Shown here piece by piece: positions 62,616-64,000 of a stretch of 64,000 nt of DNA (within the stretch, counting starts at the first letter, position 1; the number at the start of each line of letters is the position of its first letter). The stretch lies in the NCBI GenBank assembly GCA_977017645.1, contig OZ360225.1:30008001-30072000 (forward strand). Direction: 5' to 3'. This DNA is from Torpedo marmorata. Taxonomy: Eukaryota. The notes below the pieces were generated by a model. The model was not told where the DNA came from. It was given only the letters and a program-made list of their open reading frames with translations, and did no database searches. Both the position numbers and the translations under genes were made by a program.

Positions 62616-63390
62616 CTTTAGTCCAACTTGTCCACACTGACCAAAATATCCCACCCATACTAGTCCCTTGTGTCTCTAAACTTATCCTATCCATGTATCC
62701 ATAGAATTTTCTTAAATATTGTAGTAGTACCTGGAACAACCACCTCATCCGGCAGCCTGTTCCATACACTTACCACCTGTGTATTTTAAGCTACCCCTCA
62801 TGTTCCTGCTGAATCTCTCTCTCCATTCCCCCACCTTAAACCCATGTCATCTCATTACCTATTTCCCCAACCAAGGGTAAAAGACTCTGCGTTCACCTGA
62901 TTTTATCCTCTCATCATTTTGTATTCGTCTGAGTTCACCTTTCAGCCTCCTGCTTTACTCCAAGGAATAAAGGCCGAGCCTACTCAACCTGACCTTGTAG
63001 GCCTCTGAGTCATGGGCAACATCCCCGTAATTCTTCTCTGCACCCTCTCCAGCTTGACAACATCTTTCCTGCAACAGTGACCAAAACTGAAGAGGAAACT
63101 CCAAATGGGACCTCACCAACATTTATACAACTGCCACATGACCTTCCAACTTTGACACCCAATACTCTGACTGACAAAGGCCATTGTGCTGAAAGCCTTT
63201 TTGAGCACCCTATCTACTTGTGACTCCACTTTCGATGTTCTATACATCTGTGCTCCAAGATCCTTCTGCTCTACACCAACTCCCCAGATCCATACCATTC
63301 ACTGTGTAGGTCCTATGCGTGTTGGCCTGACCCATGTTGGACCTCCCAAAATGCAGCACCTCACATTATTCTGTAGTCAATTCCATTTCC
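62616..63390 (-). mobile_element. Degenerate CR1 3' fragment whose terminal tail is displaced to 46573-46612
   Basis: ORF 63113-63298(-) 'EQKDLG...QVDRVLKKAF'; the tail ...GGACAAGTTG-GACTAAAG continues as GACTAAAG-GGTCCGTTTCCATACTGTATGACT at 46573. Confidence 0.75.
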
Positions 63391-63740
63391 AATCCTATTA
63401 GTTCTGTTTACATTTGTTGTCAATGGATCACAAACTTTACACTCCTCACCCAAACGCCATCTTCCATTTAGCACTCCAACTAAAAGAAGTTACTTCGATC
63501 ACCAGTGGTGGAGCTCTGCTGTTGTAAAGTATGGGAGACTCCAACTCCATGGAAATTTAGCAATACAGTAAAGAACTGACTTCATACAAGGCAATTGAAT
63601 ACTTGGAGTAGCAGCAGACAATATCCACTTCTACTGAGATTCCCTCATTCCTTCAAAAAAGCTGCTGAATCAGACATTCTGCCCTTGTTGGAACTGTAGA
63701 TGTGCCTTGTTCAATGCAACCACAGCATGGTCCCACCATT

Positions 63741-64000
63741 TTAGATTTCAGATTTATTGTCAGAGTACATAGATGACATCACATCCAACCCTGAGATTCC
63801 TTTTTCCTGCGGGTGCAGCAGAATTACCACTAATTGGTAGTGCAAAAAAAAACTGTACACAGCGTATACATGTAAACAAATAAAGAACTGTAAACAGATA
63901 ACGAATGTAAACAAACTGTGATACAGAGAGAACAAAAAGAAAATCAATAAAGTGCACAAGTAAGAGTCCTTAAATGAGTCTCTGATTGAGTTTGTCGTTG
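63741..64000 (-). mobile_element. Rex1/Babar LINE 3' UTR (continues beyond the window)
   Basis: Homologous to the 3' UTR at 5155-5415. Confidence 0.7.

Overview
Vertebrate genomic DNA, most likely a cartilaginous fish (shark/ray), inferred from HE1-like V-SINEs and HER1-like CR1 LINEs. The only host gene I can support is the 5' part of TMX3 (thioredoxin-related transmembrane protein 3, PDI family, CGHC site) on the + strand. Coding exons 1-4 are at 1733-1766, 1915-1969, 11943-11982 and 28386-28509; I found no exon 5, so intron 4 is over 35 kb. The rest is intronic and dominated by transposable elements: Penelope-like elements with minimal hammerhead motifs, L1, CR1, Rex1/Babar LINEs, V-SINEs, a near-intact pogo/Passer (DD35D) transposon, two Gmr1-type Gypsy LTR elements, and hAT, Harbinger and pogo MITEs. 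Most notable: (1) a hAT-bounded inversion/inverted duplication in intron 4 whose 8-bp TSD halves now lie 16 kb apart in opposite orientation; (2) two independent Gmr1-type insertions with the same deletion of the RT catalytic core, suggesting an RT-less lineage mobilised in trans; (3) a decayed class III (ERV-L-like) gag fragment carried inside the hAT element; (4) a ~1.4-kb near-perfect Penelope palindrome with a TSD and two hammerheads; (5) two L1 copies with twin-priming 5' inversions. All calls are by eye with no database searches. Boundaries of degenerate repeats are approximate, and identity figures are visual estimates.
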